From an uncultured Chloroflexia bacterium (GTDB lineage: Bacteria > Chloroflexota > Limnocylindria > Limnocylindrales > CSP1-4), in assembly GCA_963734535.1 (NCBI GenBank), contig CAVTHS010000008.1:384001-448000 (forward strand): DNA of 64,000 nt, given 5' to 3'. The notes under the pieces are model-generated. The model was not told the DNA's origin. It saw nothing but the letters and a program-made list of their open reading frames with translations, and did not search any database. The translations under genes and the position numbers were made by a program. Shown here in pieces: positions 10,637 to 19,774 of the stretch. The first letter of the stretch is position 1, and each line of letters starts with the position of its first letter.

Positions 10637-12985
10637 TCACGCGTCGACCAGCGTCCCGGCGCGCTCGCGGTCCAGGAGGAGCTCTGTCGTCAGGCGGGCA
10701 CGGATCCGGTCGTAGAGCTGGTCCGCGAGCTCCTCGTAGTCGGTGCCGGCGCCTCCCCCGGCCGCCGCCGCCGCTCCGGTCGAGCCGGACTGGCCTGCCG
10801 CGGCGGCGCCCGACTCCCCCGCGCCTGCTCCCCCGCCATCCGGCGTGACCGCAACCTCGTCGATCTGGACGGCACGCTGGACCGACGGGCCAGGGATCGG
10901 GGCGACGCTCGTGAACCCGGCCGCGGATGTCCAGCCGAGCGCCCCGCCAGGTCCGGCCGGGATCGTGTCCGGCCCGGACGCCCAGGACGACCCGGCCGCG
11001 CCGGCCGCCGCGCGCGCCACGGGAAGCGCGGAGAGCACGGCCGACGTCGGGCCTCGACCGGCATCCAGCGCGGCGCGGGAGACGACCGGACGCTCATCCC
11101 GCCGGAGGGCGCCGCCCGGAGCGGACGGGAAGCCCGGATGACCGGTCCACGTGGAGTCGGGGCCCGGGGTGCCGTATGGAGCGCCCCCATCGAACGACGG
11201 GAGCGCGATCCGCGCGATGACGGGCGTCGATTCGTCCACGGCGCGACGTGCCGGGCCGGCGATCGATGCCGTCGGGCCCGAACGCATGGCGCGCGCGGCG
11301 ACCATGGGCGCCATCGCGGGCGTTGCGCTTCTCGTGGCCGACGGTACCGGGGCAGACGATCCGGCTCCGGCCCACGCTGCGGCGGCGCGCTGGACGGCTG
11401 CGACGCCCCCGACCTCGGATCCCCCGCCGCTCGCGGGATCGCGGAGGGAGGCTGTGCTCGTCCATCCGGGTCCCGTCGCGCCAGCCGGCTGGCCCGCGCC
11501 CGGGACAACCGCCGAGCTGCTCGCGCGCTGGAGGGCGCCGACGCCCGGCTCCGCGGGTGCTTCCGCGTCGGACTCCGTGTCCTGGTCCTCCCGGGCAAGG
11601 CGCGCCACACCGATCGGCGACTCGCCCACGAGCGGTCGCACCGGGCGCGGCGCGTCGGGGGCCGTGTCCCCGGGGGACGCGTCGGTGGACGAGTCGACCG
11701 CGACGTCGGAGGGCACCTGCTCGGCCGGCGCAGACGAGCCCAGCCCGGACGAGACGGCCGGCGCAGACGAGCCCGGCGCACCGGATGACGCGGGCGCGGC
11801 GATCGGCGGGATCGCGGCGGTCGTGGTCGCGGACGCCGTCGCCGCGCGCCGCGCGACCACGAGGCGAGGCAGTGGCGAGGACGCGGCCGCGGCCGGGACC
11901 ATGCCCGGCAGCGCGGCCGGGTCCGGGGCCGTCGAGAGCATGGCGTCCCCGGTGCGGGCGCGCCGCATCACCGGCAGGTCGAACCGCGCGGCGTCCCGCG
12001 TCGCCGACGGAGGCGGGCCGACCAGCGGCGCCCCGAGGCCGAGGCGCCGGGACTCCCCGAGCGTCCGCCTCGTGACCGCCTGGGGATGATCGTCGGGTCG
12101 GCTCGGTGCGGCCGGCACCACCTCCGCCAGGTTCGGTCGGGAGCCGGCCGCGGGCTCCCCGGCGGCCTGCCCGCCCGCGGTCGCGTCAGCCGTCGCAGCA
12201 GCCGTCGCCGGCACGGGCGTCGCGGCCGCCGCGTCGCCATGGAGCGGCGATCCGGACGCGATGACCCGGGCCAGCGCCAGGACCGGGAGCGGCGCGCTCG
12301 TAGCGGCAACGCGCGTCGCCGCGATGGCCGGCGTGTCCGCCGCGAGCCGCGCGACGGGCAGCACGCGAAGTCCGGGGCCGGGAGCATCACTCGCCGAGAT
12401 CCCGGATGGCGCGCGGCGCTCGGCTGCGTCGGCTGCTTCGGCTGCGTCGGCTGCTTCGGCGCCCGTTTCGTCCTTGGGCCCGCGGACATCGGGGCCAGCT
12501 TCGAGCCCGGGATCCGCGGCCCCATGCCGTGGCAGCGTGGCCACCGTCGTGACCCCGCGCTGCGCGCTGGGCCGACCGCGCCGTGGAGTCGCCGCGGAAG
12601 GCATCGGCGGCGCGACCCGCGGGTCGGAGCCGGATGGCACGCGCTGGACCAGCGGCACCGTGATGCCGCTCACGAGACCCGCCGGACCGTCGGACGTCAC
12701 GTCGTGGCCGAGCGGCGCCAGGATCGGGTCGGGCGCGCGGCGGCTCGCCAGGTCGCGGGCGAAGGCTGCGCTCGGCGCGGTGAGGGGCGCCGCGCCGACG
12801 GTCCGCTGAACCGGGGCCAGGTCGCGCCAGGCGGAGGGACGCGATTCCACGCGCGGCCCCGGCCCGGGACCCGGCGGCGCGGACAACCCTCCCGCGGGCG
12901 CGGTGGGCGCGGCCTCGGGTGCGCCGGGCGCCGGATCGTCCCGGGCCGGTGCGCCGCGAAGCCAGTTCATGAAGGGCCAGCGCAC
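10637..12985 (-). CDS. Pro/Ala-rich low-complexity CIS protein with repeated VQR/VAR motifs; candidate tape-measure / tube-lumen protein
   Basis: 782-aa ORF, GTG behind GAGGAG. N-terminal AWRDLAPVQR, central RRLGLGAPL, C-terminal YEELADQLYDRIRARL..EL.LDRERAG resemble actinobacterial CIS 'extensin-like' proteins. Function inferred from position. Confidence 0.7.
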   Translation of the reverse strand: MRWPFMNWLRGAPARDDPAPGAPEAAPTAPAGGLSAPPGPGPGPRVESRPSAWRDLAPVQRTVGAAPLTAPSAAFARDLASRRAPDPILAPLGHDVTSDGPAGLVSGITVPLVQRVPSGSDPRVAPPMPSAATPRRGRPSAQRGVTTVATLPRHGAADPGLEAGPDVRGPKDETGAEAADAAEAADAAERRAPSGISASDAPGPGLRVLPVARLAADTPAIAATRVAATSAPLPVLALARVIASGSPLHGDAAAATPVPATAAATADATAGGQAAGEPAAGSRPNLAEVVPAAPSRPDDHPQAVTRRTLGESRRLGLGAPLVGPPPSATRDAARFDLPVMRRARTGDAMLSTAPDPAALPGMVPAAAASSPLPRLVVARRAATASATTTAAIPPIAAPASSGAPGSSAPAVSSGLGSSAPAEQVPSDVAVDSSTDASPGDTAPDAPRPVRPLVGESPIGVARLAREDQDTESDAEAPAEPGVGALQRASSSAVVPGAGQPAGATGPGWTSTASLRDPASGGGSEVGGVAAVQRAAAAWAGAGSSAPVPSATRSATPAMAPMVAARAMRSGPTASIAGPARRAVDESTPVIARIALPSFDGGAPYGTPGPDSTWTGHPGFPSAPGGALRRDERPVVSRAALDAGRGPTSAVLSALPVARAAAGAAGSSWASGPDTIPAGPGGALGWTSAAGFTSVAPIPGPSVQRAVQIDEVAVTPDGGGAGAGESGAAAAGQSGSTGAAAAAGGGAGTDYEELADQLYDRIRARLTTELLLDRERAGTLVDA

Positions 12986-12992
12986 GACGAAC

Positions 12993-13151
12993 TCACTCCT
13001 CTTCGGTCAGGCGCCGGTTGATCCCCGCGATCTCGTCGACGAAGCGGTGCCGGTCCGGGTGCTCCAGGTCGAGGATCTCGTCCATGGACCAGTGAAGGTG
13101 GTAGGCGACGTACGCGACCTCCTCGAAGAGGCGGTCGGCCGCGTACGTCAG
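12993..13151 (-). CDS. DUF6760-like small protein (absent from ORF track); probably the -1 frameshift extension of the upstream chaperone
   Basis: Manual translation (L)TYAADRLFEEVAYVAYHLHWSMDEILDLEHPDRHRFVDEIAGINRRLTEEE*. Matches the eCIS DUF6760 pattern EVAYxAYHxHWxxxxIxxLxH. No ATG/GTG/TTG at its conserved N-terminus. Confidence 0.8.
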   Translation of the reverse strand: MTYAADRLFEEVAYVAYHLHWSMDEILDLEHPDRHRFVDEIAGINRRLTEEE

Positions 13152-13585
13152 GATTCCCCCGGCGACGCGCCCCCGATCTCGACGCTGAACTCGTGGCGGC
13201 AGGCCGGACAGGTCACGGACGCCTGGGACGTCCCCTCCTGGTTGACGCGGCGGTAGAGATCCTGGAGGAACGCGAGGTCCGAGGCGAACATCCCCTCGAT
13301 GACCTGCGGCGTGATCATGGGGACGGTCCCCAGCCGGGAAACCACCCGGCTGAGCAGGATCACCGTGAGGTACGCCTCGTTCTCCCGGACGCGCGGATCG
13401 CGCAGCGGGAGGATCTCGTCGCGAGCCGTCGCCAGGCGCATCGCGCCCTCACGGTGGAGGGTGCCCGCGTCGTCGACATAGCCACGCGGCAGGACGAACG
13501 GGAACTCGGTCCGCAGGCCCGCCGGCGCGGGGCCGGACGCGCCGCCGGAGGCGGCTGCCGGCCCCGCGATCAGGTCGAGCGCCAC
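13148..13585 (-). CDS. Phage-type tail assembly chaperone (gpG / Mu gp41-like) of CIS
   Basis: TEF.F.LPRGYVD..G.LHREG.MRLATARDE, DPRV..N.AYL, SDLAFLQDLY.R.N, CPAC. Sits right after the major tube gene. Confidence 0.8.
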   Translation of the reverse strand: MALDLIAGPAAASGGASGPAPAGLRTEFPFVLPRGYVDDAGTLHREGAMRLATARDEILPLRDPRVRENEAYLTVILLSRVVSRLGTVPMITPQVIEGMFASDLAFLQDLYRRVNQEGTSQASVTCPACRHEFSVEIGGASPGES

Positions 13586-13586
13586 G

Positions 13587-14048
13587 TCACTTGATCCGCT
13601 CGAGCCGCTCGCAGACGATCGTGACGCTCTCGACCGACGGCGTGTTGTCCCCGGCCTTCATCCCGGTCGCCTCGAACTTCGAGATCCACGCGTGGAAGAA
13701 GTTGTACCGGGCAACCTCGCCGCCGGCGAAGTCGTACTGGACGATCGAGCCGTCCTTGCGGGCGCCGGTGATGGCGCCGTCGAGGGCAGCCTTGTGCCAG
13801 TTGTAGAGATCCATGCTCGAGTCGGCGGCGCGCTTCAGGGTGATGGTCGGCGGCTTCGTCGCCCCGATCATCTTCTTGAGGATGGGCTTGCCGAGGGCAT
13901 CATTCGCCTTCAGCTCCACGACCTCGATCTCGGAGCTGATGCCGCCCACCTCCTGGAAGGAAGCGATCGTGACGCCCCCGATCTCGATCTTGAAGCGCTG
14001 GGCGACGAGCGAGTCGAAGGGCGTCGCCGAGGGGAGTCCGGCTGCCAT
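13587..14048 (-). CDS. Major tail tube protein (gp19-like, Afp1-like)
   Basis: F.IEIGG..IASFQEVGG, PTITLKR, RKDGSI..YD..G.EVARYNF..AW, E.VTI.CE; directly after sheath. Confidence 0.93.
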   Translation of the reverse strand: MAAGLPSATPFDSLVAQRFKIEIGGVTIASFQEVGGISSEIEVVELKANDALGKPILKKMIGATKPPTITLKRAADSSMDLYNWHKAALDGAITGARKDGSIVQYDFAGGEVARYNFFHAWISKFEATGMKAGDNTPSVESVTIVCERLERIK

Positions 14049-14098
14049 GGATGTGGATCCTCCAGTCTGTCGTCAGGCAGGGTGGTTGGGCGTCCTCG

Positions 14099-15616
14099 TC
14101 ACTCGCTGAGCGACGTGCCGCCGGAGAACTGGGCGAGGCGGAAGATCACGAACTCGGCCGGCTTCACCGGGGCAACCCCGATGTCGACGATGAGCTGGCC
14201 GGCATCGATCGACTCCGCGGTGTTGTTCTCGCCGTCGCACTTGACGAAGAAGGCTTCGGCCGGCGACGCCCCGAAGAGCGCCCCGTCGCGCCACGTGCGG
14301 ACGAGGAACGACCCGACCGTGCGCTTCACGCGCTCCCAGAGGTCCATGTCGTTCGGCTCGAAGACAACCCACTGCGTCCCGAGCAGGATCGACTCCTCCA
14401 TGTAGTTGAACAGGCGTCGCACGTTGAGGTAGCGCCATGCCGGGTCCGACGAGAGCGTCCGGGCGCCCCAGACGCGGATCCCGCGACCGGGGAAGGTGCG
14501 GATGCAGTTGACCCCGATCGGGTTGAGCTGGTCGTGCTCCGCGCGGGTCAGGTTCAGCTCGAGCGAGATGGCACCCCGCACGATCTCGTTGGCGGGCGCC
14601 TTGTGCACCCCCCGCTCGCCGTCGCTGCGGGCCCAGATGCCGGCCATGTGACCGGACGGCGGCACGAACGCGGCCTGGCCCGCGATCGGATCGAAGACCT
14701 TGATCCACGGCCAGTAGAGCGTGGCGTACTTGGAATCGTAGCCCGCCTTGTCCTGGCGCCACTCCTTGATCTGCTGGGCGTTGTAGTCCGGTGGGGCGTC
14801 GAGGATCGCGACGCGATCGCCCATCAGCTCGCAGTGGGCCATGATCGCGAGCTGGACCGCCTTGACCCCTTCGAGGTCGATGACGCCCCGCTGGTAGAGC
14901 GCCATCAGGTCCGGCGCCGCCACCATCGTGATCTCCTCGACCGCCTCGAGGCCGCCGAACCCGGTCCGGTCCGCGGTGCTCCCAACGTATTCGTCGGGGG
15001 TGACGCGTGCGGGCGTGGCGCTCGTCCCGCCGGCCAGCATCGCCTTCGTCCCGGTGGCGGGGGCGAGGTCGCCCTTCGCGGTCTCCTCCAGGCGGACCAG
15101 CTTCGAGGTCTTCGTCGCGGTGAAGACGTTGTTGCGGCCCTTCTTGAGGCTGACGTTGTCGTAGACCTCGGTCTCGCTGCCGCGCGTCACGACCAGCTTG
15201 AAGACGCCCTCGCCGGGCTCGCCCGGGTCGCTCACCTCGACGGACACGTCGTTGCCGGTGGCGCCCGCGTCGAGCGCGACCACGCGGAAGGCCGCCTGGC
15301 CCTTGTCGGTGGAGCTCGGCAGCTCGAGGCGTGCGGTCGGGGCACCGGCGCCATCGGCGCCGATCCGGACGATGTAGGCGGTCGTGCCCCCGTTGAGGAA
15401 GAACCCGTAGACGGAGTGGGCCAGGTAGGACCCCTCCATGAAGTCGCCGAACGAGGCGACGAACTGGGTCCAGTTCGTGACCATCACCGGCGTGTTGGCG
15501 GGCCCCTTCTGGGCCAGGCCGACGAAGGCCGCGACGGCCGTCCCGACCCCCTCGATCGGGCGCGAGGCGGCCTGGACCTCCTCGACGTAGACGCCGGGCG
15601 AAAGGTAGTTCGGCAT
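14099..15616 (-). CDS. Contractile tail sheath protein
   Basis: MPNYLSPGVYVEE, DRVAILD.P, YWPWI, VPPSGHMAGIWAR.D..RGVHKAPAN, LNPIGVNCIR.FPGRGIRVWGARTLS, W.YLNVRRLF, P.KPAEFVIFR. Confidence 0.98.
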   Translation of the reverse strand: MPNYLSPGVYVEEVQAASRPIEGVGTAVAAFVGLAQKGPANTPVMVTNWTQFVASFGDFMEGSYLAHSVYGFFLNGGTTAYIVRIGADGAGAPTARLELPSSTDKGQAAFRVVALDAGATGNDVSVEVSDPGEPGEGVFKLVVTRGSETEVYDNVSLKKGRNNVFTATKTSKLVRLEETAKGDLAPATGTKAMLAGGTSATPARVTPDEYVGSTADRTGFGGLEAVEEITMVAAPDLMALYQRGVIDLEGVKAVQLAIMAHCELMGDRVAILDAPPDYNAQQIKEWRQDKAGYDSKYATLYWPWIKVFDPIAGQAAFVPPSGHMAGIWARSDGERGVHKAPANEIVRGAISLELNLTRAEHDQLNPIGVNCIRTFPGRGIRVWGARTLSSDPAWRYLNVRRLFNYMEESILLGTQWVVFEPNDMDLWERVKRTVGSFLVRTWRDGALFGASPAEAFFVKCDGENNTAESIDAGQLIVDIGVAPVKPAEFVIFRLAQFSGGTSLSE

Positions 15617-15670
15617 GCGGATCGGCCCTCCCGGGCTGCGAAGGTAGGGACCGGTCGAGCGTGGCACCGG

Positions 15671-15843
15671 GGGCACGATCGCGGCAACGGGCGACCGGAC
15701 AGCCGAAGGGGCCGGTCGAGCTGCCCGATGGGGCACCGGGGGCGACCCGATCGGCTGCCCCAGGGCGGCTTGCCGCACGACGGACACCTTGCGAGGCTGA
15801 CCCAGGCGGGTCGACGTGCCCGCGGCCGAATGCGCGCCTGCCC
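15671..15843. promoter_or_regulatory. Divergent promoter region with clustered GGGCA/TGCCC boxes, including a TGCCC-N4-GGGCA palindrome
   Basis: Boxes at 15671, 15722, 15731, 15756, 15817 and 15839, between the divergent sheath and DUF4255 starts. Confidence 0.35.
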
Positions 15844-15906
15844 GGACCCGCGATCGGGGTCGGCCGGCGACCAGCGTCCCGCGACGGACCACCAGGGGTG
15901 CACCGG

Positions 15907-16659
15907 ATGATCGAGGAAGTCGACGAGACGCTTCGGGGCCTGATCCGGACCGAGGTCCTGAGCGGAAGCCAGGTGGAGGTCTCGTTCGACGCCCCCACCA
16001 AGGACTGGGCGTCGCGGCGCAACGCGCCGACGATCAACCTCTACCTCTACGACATCCGCGAGGACCTGTCGCGGCGCGACGCCGCGTGGGCACCGGTGTA
16101 CGCCGCGGAGGGCTACGTCACCGGCCACCAGCCTCCGCCGCGGCACTACAAGCTCCAGTACATGGTCACCGCGTGGACGCAGCGTCCGGAGGACGAACAC
16201 CGGCTCCTCTCCGCGTGCCTCGGGGCGTTCCTCCGCCACGAGACGCTGGGCCCATCCGAGATGACGGGCGCGCTCGCCGAGCAGCCGCTGCCGGCCATGC
16301 TGAGCGTGGGCCTGCCGCTCGGGCCGGACCGCTCCATCGCCGACGTCTGGTCGGCCCTCGGCGGGGAGCTGAAGCCGTCTCTCGACGTCATCTTCAACGC
16401 GCCGTTCGTGGTCGGTCGGAGCCTGTCTGCCGGGGCACCCGTTCGCGAGCTGCCGCGGCTCTCGATCGCCCGTGCCGACGATCGCGGCGAGCCCGAGCGC
16501 CCGGCACGCGCCATGGCGGGCCGCGGGAACGCCTCGGTCCGCCGGAGCAGGCCGCTGTCCCCCGACGAGACGCCCGTTGCCCAGGACGAGACCGTGGTCG
16601 GCGGGACGAAGGCGAAACCCGGACGCACGTACCGGATCCGCGGCTATCCGCGGCCCTGA
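15907..16659 (+). CDS. DUF4255 / Pvc16 (Afp16-like) cap / tail-terminator protein
   Basis: MI.EVD..LR.L, V.FDAPT.DW..RRNAPTINLYLYDIRED, PP....L.Y.VTAW, EDEHRLL, VWSALGGELKPSLD. Confidence 0.92.
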   Translation: MIEEVDETLRGLIRTEVLSGSQVEVSFDAPTKDWASRRNAPTINLYLYDIREDLSRRDAAWAPVYAAEGYVTGHQPPPRHYKLQYMVTAWTQRPEDEHRLLSACLGAFLRHETLGPSEMTGALAEQPLPAMLSVGLPLGPDRSIADVWSALGGELKPSLDVIFNAPFVVGRSLSAGAPVRELPRLSIARADDRGEPERPARAMAGRGNASVRRSRPLSPDETPVAQDETVVGGTKAKPGRTYRIRGYPRP

Positions 16660-16682
16660 CCGTCCATGACCGGCGGCCCAGC

Positions 16683-18770
16683 ATGACCCTCGCGTCCCCC
16701 GTCACCGACGCGTCCGTCCGCCACCTTGCCGCTCGACTCGAGCTGGTCGAGGCCCGGATCCGGGTCGCGGTCGCTCGCCGGCGGGCCACCGACCCCGACC
16801 CCGACGACCGGTTCCGGGGCCTCTACGTCTCCGACGTGCAGGTCGACGAGATGCTGGCCGGCGCGCCCGTGCCACTCCTGCCCGCGGCCCCCGACGCGGA
16901 GGCGACGGCGCGGCTGGAGGCCATCGAGGCGGGCGCGGACGCGGCCGAGGCGGCGGGGGTCGACGTGCGACTGCGCCGGCTGATCCGGTCGTTCGCGCTC
17001 GAGCAGCTCGACGTGGAGCTCCTGCTCGTCGCGCTGGCGCCGGACCTCGACCCGCGCTTCGAGCGGCTCTACGGCTACCTCCACGACGATGTCTCGCGCC
17101 GACGGGCGAGCATCGGCCTGGCCCTGGAGCTGGTCGGTGCAGGCGGCGCGTCGGGCGCCGGCCGGGCGCGGCTCGGGCCGTCGGGACCGCTCATCGCGGG
17201 CGGGCTGCTGATCGTCGAGGACGTCGACCGGCCCTTCCTGACACGTGCGCTCCGCGTGCCGGACCGCGTCGCCGGCCATCTCGTCGGCGACGACACGACC
17301 GATCCGCTCGTGGCCGCCCTCGAGGTGACGCCGTCCGGGAGGGATCTCGCGGGCGCCGAGCCGCTGGAGCGCGGCCTGCGCGCAGGGGCGCGCCTCGCGT
17401 ATGTCCGCGAGCGCATCGGCACGGCCCCGCTCACCGTGGCCGCCCGCGCGCTGGCGCGCCTCGGGCCGCCGCCCATCGTCGTCGACCTGGGCCGCCTGGG
17501 GCCGCACGAGGAGATCGGGGAAGCGGCGACGGCCGCGATCCGCGAGGCACGGCTCCGCGGCGCCGGCCTGCTGGCGGGTCCCGTCGAGGTGCTCGCAGAA
17601 CGGGGCGCCGCTGCCGTCCGCGCCTTCGCGGAAGCCGGCTGCGTGACCGTGCTGCACGGCGCGCGCGGCTGGGATCCCGCCTGGTCGCGAACGGTCGCCT
17701 TCCTCGTCGAGGCGGAGCTCCCGACGGCGACCGAGCGCCGCGACGTCTGGCTGGCCGCCCTGGACGGGTCGGCGTCGGACGAGATGGCGGCGGCGATCGC
17801 CGCGCTCCCCTACCGGCTGGCGCCCGAACAGGTCGAACGCGCAGCCGAGGCGGGCCGCCTCACCGCGGCGGCATCCGGCCGGGCGGTGGGCGTCGCGGAC
17901 GTCGCGGCCGGCGCTCGATCCCAGAACGCGGCCGGCCTGGATCGCCTCGCGCGCCGGATCGATCCGCGCGTCGGCTGGGCGGACCTGGTCCTGCCGGCTC
18001 CGGTCGTGGAGCAGCTCGGCGAGCTGACCGCGCGGGCGCGCCACCGCGACCGCGTCCTCGATGATTGGGGACTCGCCCGCACGTCGCTCAAGGGACGTGG
18101 CGTGACTGCCCTGTTCGCGGGCGACTCCGGCACGGGCAAGACCATGTCGGCGGAGGTGATCGCCCGGTCGCTCGGCCTGGACCTCTACGTGATCGACCTC
18201 TCGACGATCGTGGACAAGTACATCGGCGAGACCGAGAAGAACCTGGACCGCGTCTTCAACGAGGCCGACCGGGTCAACGGCGTCCTCCTCTTCGACGAGG
18301 CCGATGCGATCTTCGGCAAGCGCTCGGAGGTGAAGGACGCCCGCGACCGCTATGCGAACGTGGAGGTTGCCTACCTGCTCCAGCGGATGGAGGTGTTCGA
18401 CGGGATGGCGATCCTCACCACGAACCTCCGCGCCAACGTGGACGAGGCGTTCCTGCGCCGGCTCGACGCGATCGTCGAGTTCCCGGTACCCGACGTCGAC
18501 GATCGCCGGCGCCTCTGGGAACGCAACCTCCCCGGGGCGCTCCCGACGACGGACGACATCGACCTCGACTTCCTGGCGCGCCGCTTCACGCTCTCGGGCG
18601 GGAACATCCGGAACGTGGCGGTGGGCGCCGCCTTCCGCGCCGCCGAGGGCGAACGGCGCGTGGCCATGGCCGACCTGGTCCGGGAGACGGCCCGGGAGTA
18701 TCGCAAGCTGGGCCGCCTCTGCGTGGAGGCCGAGTTCGGCTCGTGGTTCGGCGTGGTCGCGAGCGCCTGA
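16683..18770 (+). CDS. CIS-associated AAA+ ATPase (Afp15-like)
   Basis: LAPDLDPRFERLYGYLHDD N-domain; Walker A GDSGTGKT; KYIGETEKNL; Walker B LLFDEAD; FGKRSEVKDA.DRYAN.E..YLLQR.E. Confidence 0.95.
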   Translation: MTLASPVTDASVRHLAARLELVEARIRVAVARRRATDPDPDDRFRGLYVSDVQVDEMLAGAPVPLLPAAPDAEATARLEAIEAGADAAEAAGVDVRLRRLIRSFALEQLDVELLLVALAPDLDPRFERLYGYLHDDVSRRRASIGLALELVGAGGASGAGRARLGPSGPLIAGGLLIVEDVDRPFLTRALRVPDRVAGHLVGDDTTDPLVAALEVTPSGRDLAGAEPLERGLRAGARLAYVRERIGTAPLTVAARALARLGPPPIVVDLGRLGPHEEIGEAATAAIREARLRGAGLLAGPVEVLAERGAAAVRAFAEAGCVTVLHGARGWDPAWSRTVAFLVEAELPTATERRDVWLAALDGSASDEMAAAIAALPYRLAPEQVERAAEAGRLTAAASGRAVGVADVAAGARSQNAAGLDRLARRIDPRVGWADLVLPAPVVEQLGELTARARHRDRVLDDWGLARTSLKGRGVTALFAGDSGTGKTMSAEVIARSLGLDLYVIDLSTIVDKYIGETEKNLDRVFNEADRVNGVLLFDEADAIFGKRSEVKDARDRYANVEVAYLLQRMEVFDGMAILTTNLRANVDEAFLRRLDAIVEFPVPDVDDRRRLWERNLPGALPTTDDIDLDFLARRFTLSGGNIRNVAVGAAFRAAEGERRVAMADLVRETAREYRKLGRLCVEAEFGSWFGVVASA

Positions 18771-18826
18771 GATGGAGACGCACCGGCGGCACGCGCGGCC
18801 GAGCAGGGATTGACGGGAGCGGGACG

Positions 18827-19750
18827 ATGTCAGACGACGCCACGGCCATGCGGGAGGACGCGAGCATGCACCGCCACGAGCACGAGCGGGAGACGCCGCC
18901 ACGCCGCCCGATCCGGCGCTCCGGCGATGAAGCCGCCGCGACGGCGCTCGCGGCCCGGGCCGCTGCCGCAGGACGAACGGACGCGCTCGGCCCGGCTTCG
19001 GTCCTGCGCCTCCAGCGTGCGGCGGGCAATGCCGGTGTCGCCGGACTCTTCGATGGCGCGTCGGAGCCGGAATCGCCGGTGAAGGACGTGGTCGGCCGTG
19101 GAGGCGGAGCCCCGCTCGCGCCCGCCGTCCGGGAGCGCATGGAGTCGAGCTTCGGGACCGACTTCTCCGACGTCCGGGTCCACAGCGGCGGGGGCGCGGC
19201 GGCGTCGGCCCGCGCCGTCGATGCGCACGCCTACACCGTCGGCAACGAGATCGTCCTGGGCGACGGCCACGCCGAGGGCTCGTCGGCGCACGAGCGGACG
19301 CTGGCCCACGAGCTGACCCACGTGGTCCAGCAGCGATCCGGGCCCGTGGATGGCACCCCCGCCCCCGGCGGGATCTCGGTCAGCAGCCCGAGCGATCGCT
19401 TCGAGCGCGCCGCCGAGACGACCGCCGATCAGGTCATCTCGACGGGACGAGCCGGCGACGGCGCGGGACACGCAGCACCGGCGATCCAGCGCGAGGCCGC
19501 CCCCGAGGATGAGAACGAGGTCCAGGAGCTCGCGATCCAGCGTCGCGACGAGTCGGAGGACGTGCCGGACGAGGTGCCGACGCCCGGGGATGAGCCGCAC
19601 GACGTCCAGCGGCCCGAGGAAGGGCCGGCGCCGGCCGGCGCTTCGGAGGTCCAGCGGCCCGAGGAGGAACAGGACGAGGTCCAGCAGCTCGCGATCCAGC
19701 GCCGGGCCTCGCGGCGGACGGGTGGCGGGGCCGCGGCTGGGCAGCTGTAG
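18827..19750 (+). CDS. DUF4157 (eCIS-core) domain protein with acidic IQR/VQR-repeat tail
   Basis: LRLQR.AGN..V, G.PL...VR..ME..FG.DFSDVRVH, A.AYTVG..IV, LAHELTHVVQQ (HExxH). Confidence 0.9.
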   Translation: MSDDATAMREDASMHRHEHERETPPRRPIRRSGDEAAATALAARAAAAGRTDALGPASVLRLQRAAGNAGVAGLFDGASEPESPVKDVVGRGGGAPLAPAVRERMESSFGTDFSDVRVHSGGGAAASARAVDAHAYTVGNEIVLGDGHAEGSSAHERTLAHELTHVVQQRSGPVDGTPAPGGISVSSPSDRFERAAETTADQVISTGRAGDGAGHAAPAIQREAAPEDENEVQELAIQRRDESEDVPDEVPTPGDEPHDVQRPEEGPAPAGASEVQRPEEEQDEVQQLAIQRRASRRTGGGAAAGQL

Positions 19751-19774
19751 CGGGAATGTCGGCGGCGGCGCGCC

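Noticed and set aside
4784-18770. Prophage or type VI secretion system
   Set aside because: No capsid, portal, terminase or lysis genes and no TssJLM/TssK/ClpV; DUF4255, Afp15-type ATPase and DUF4157 are eCIS hallmarks.
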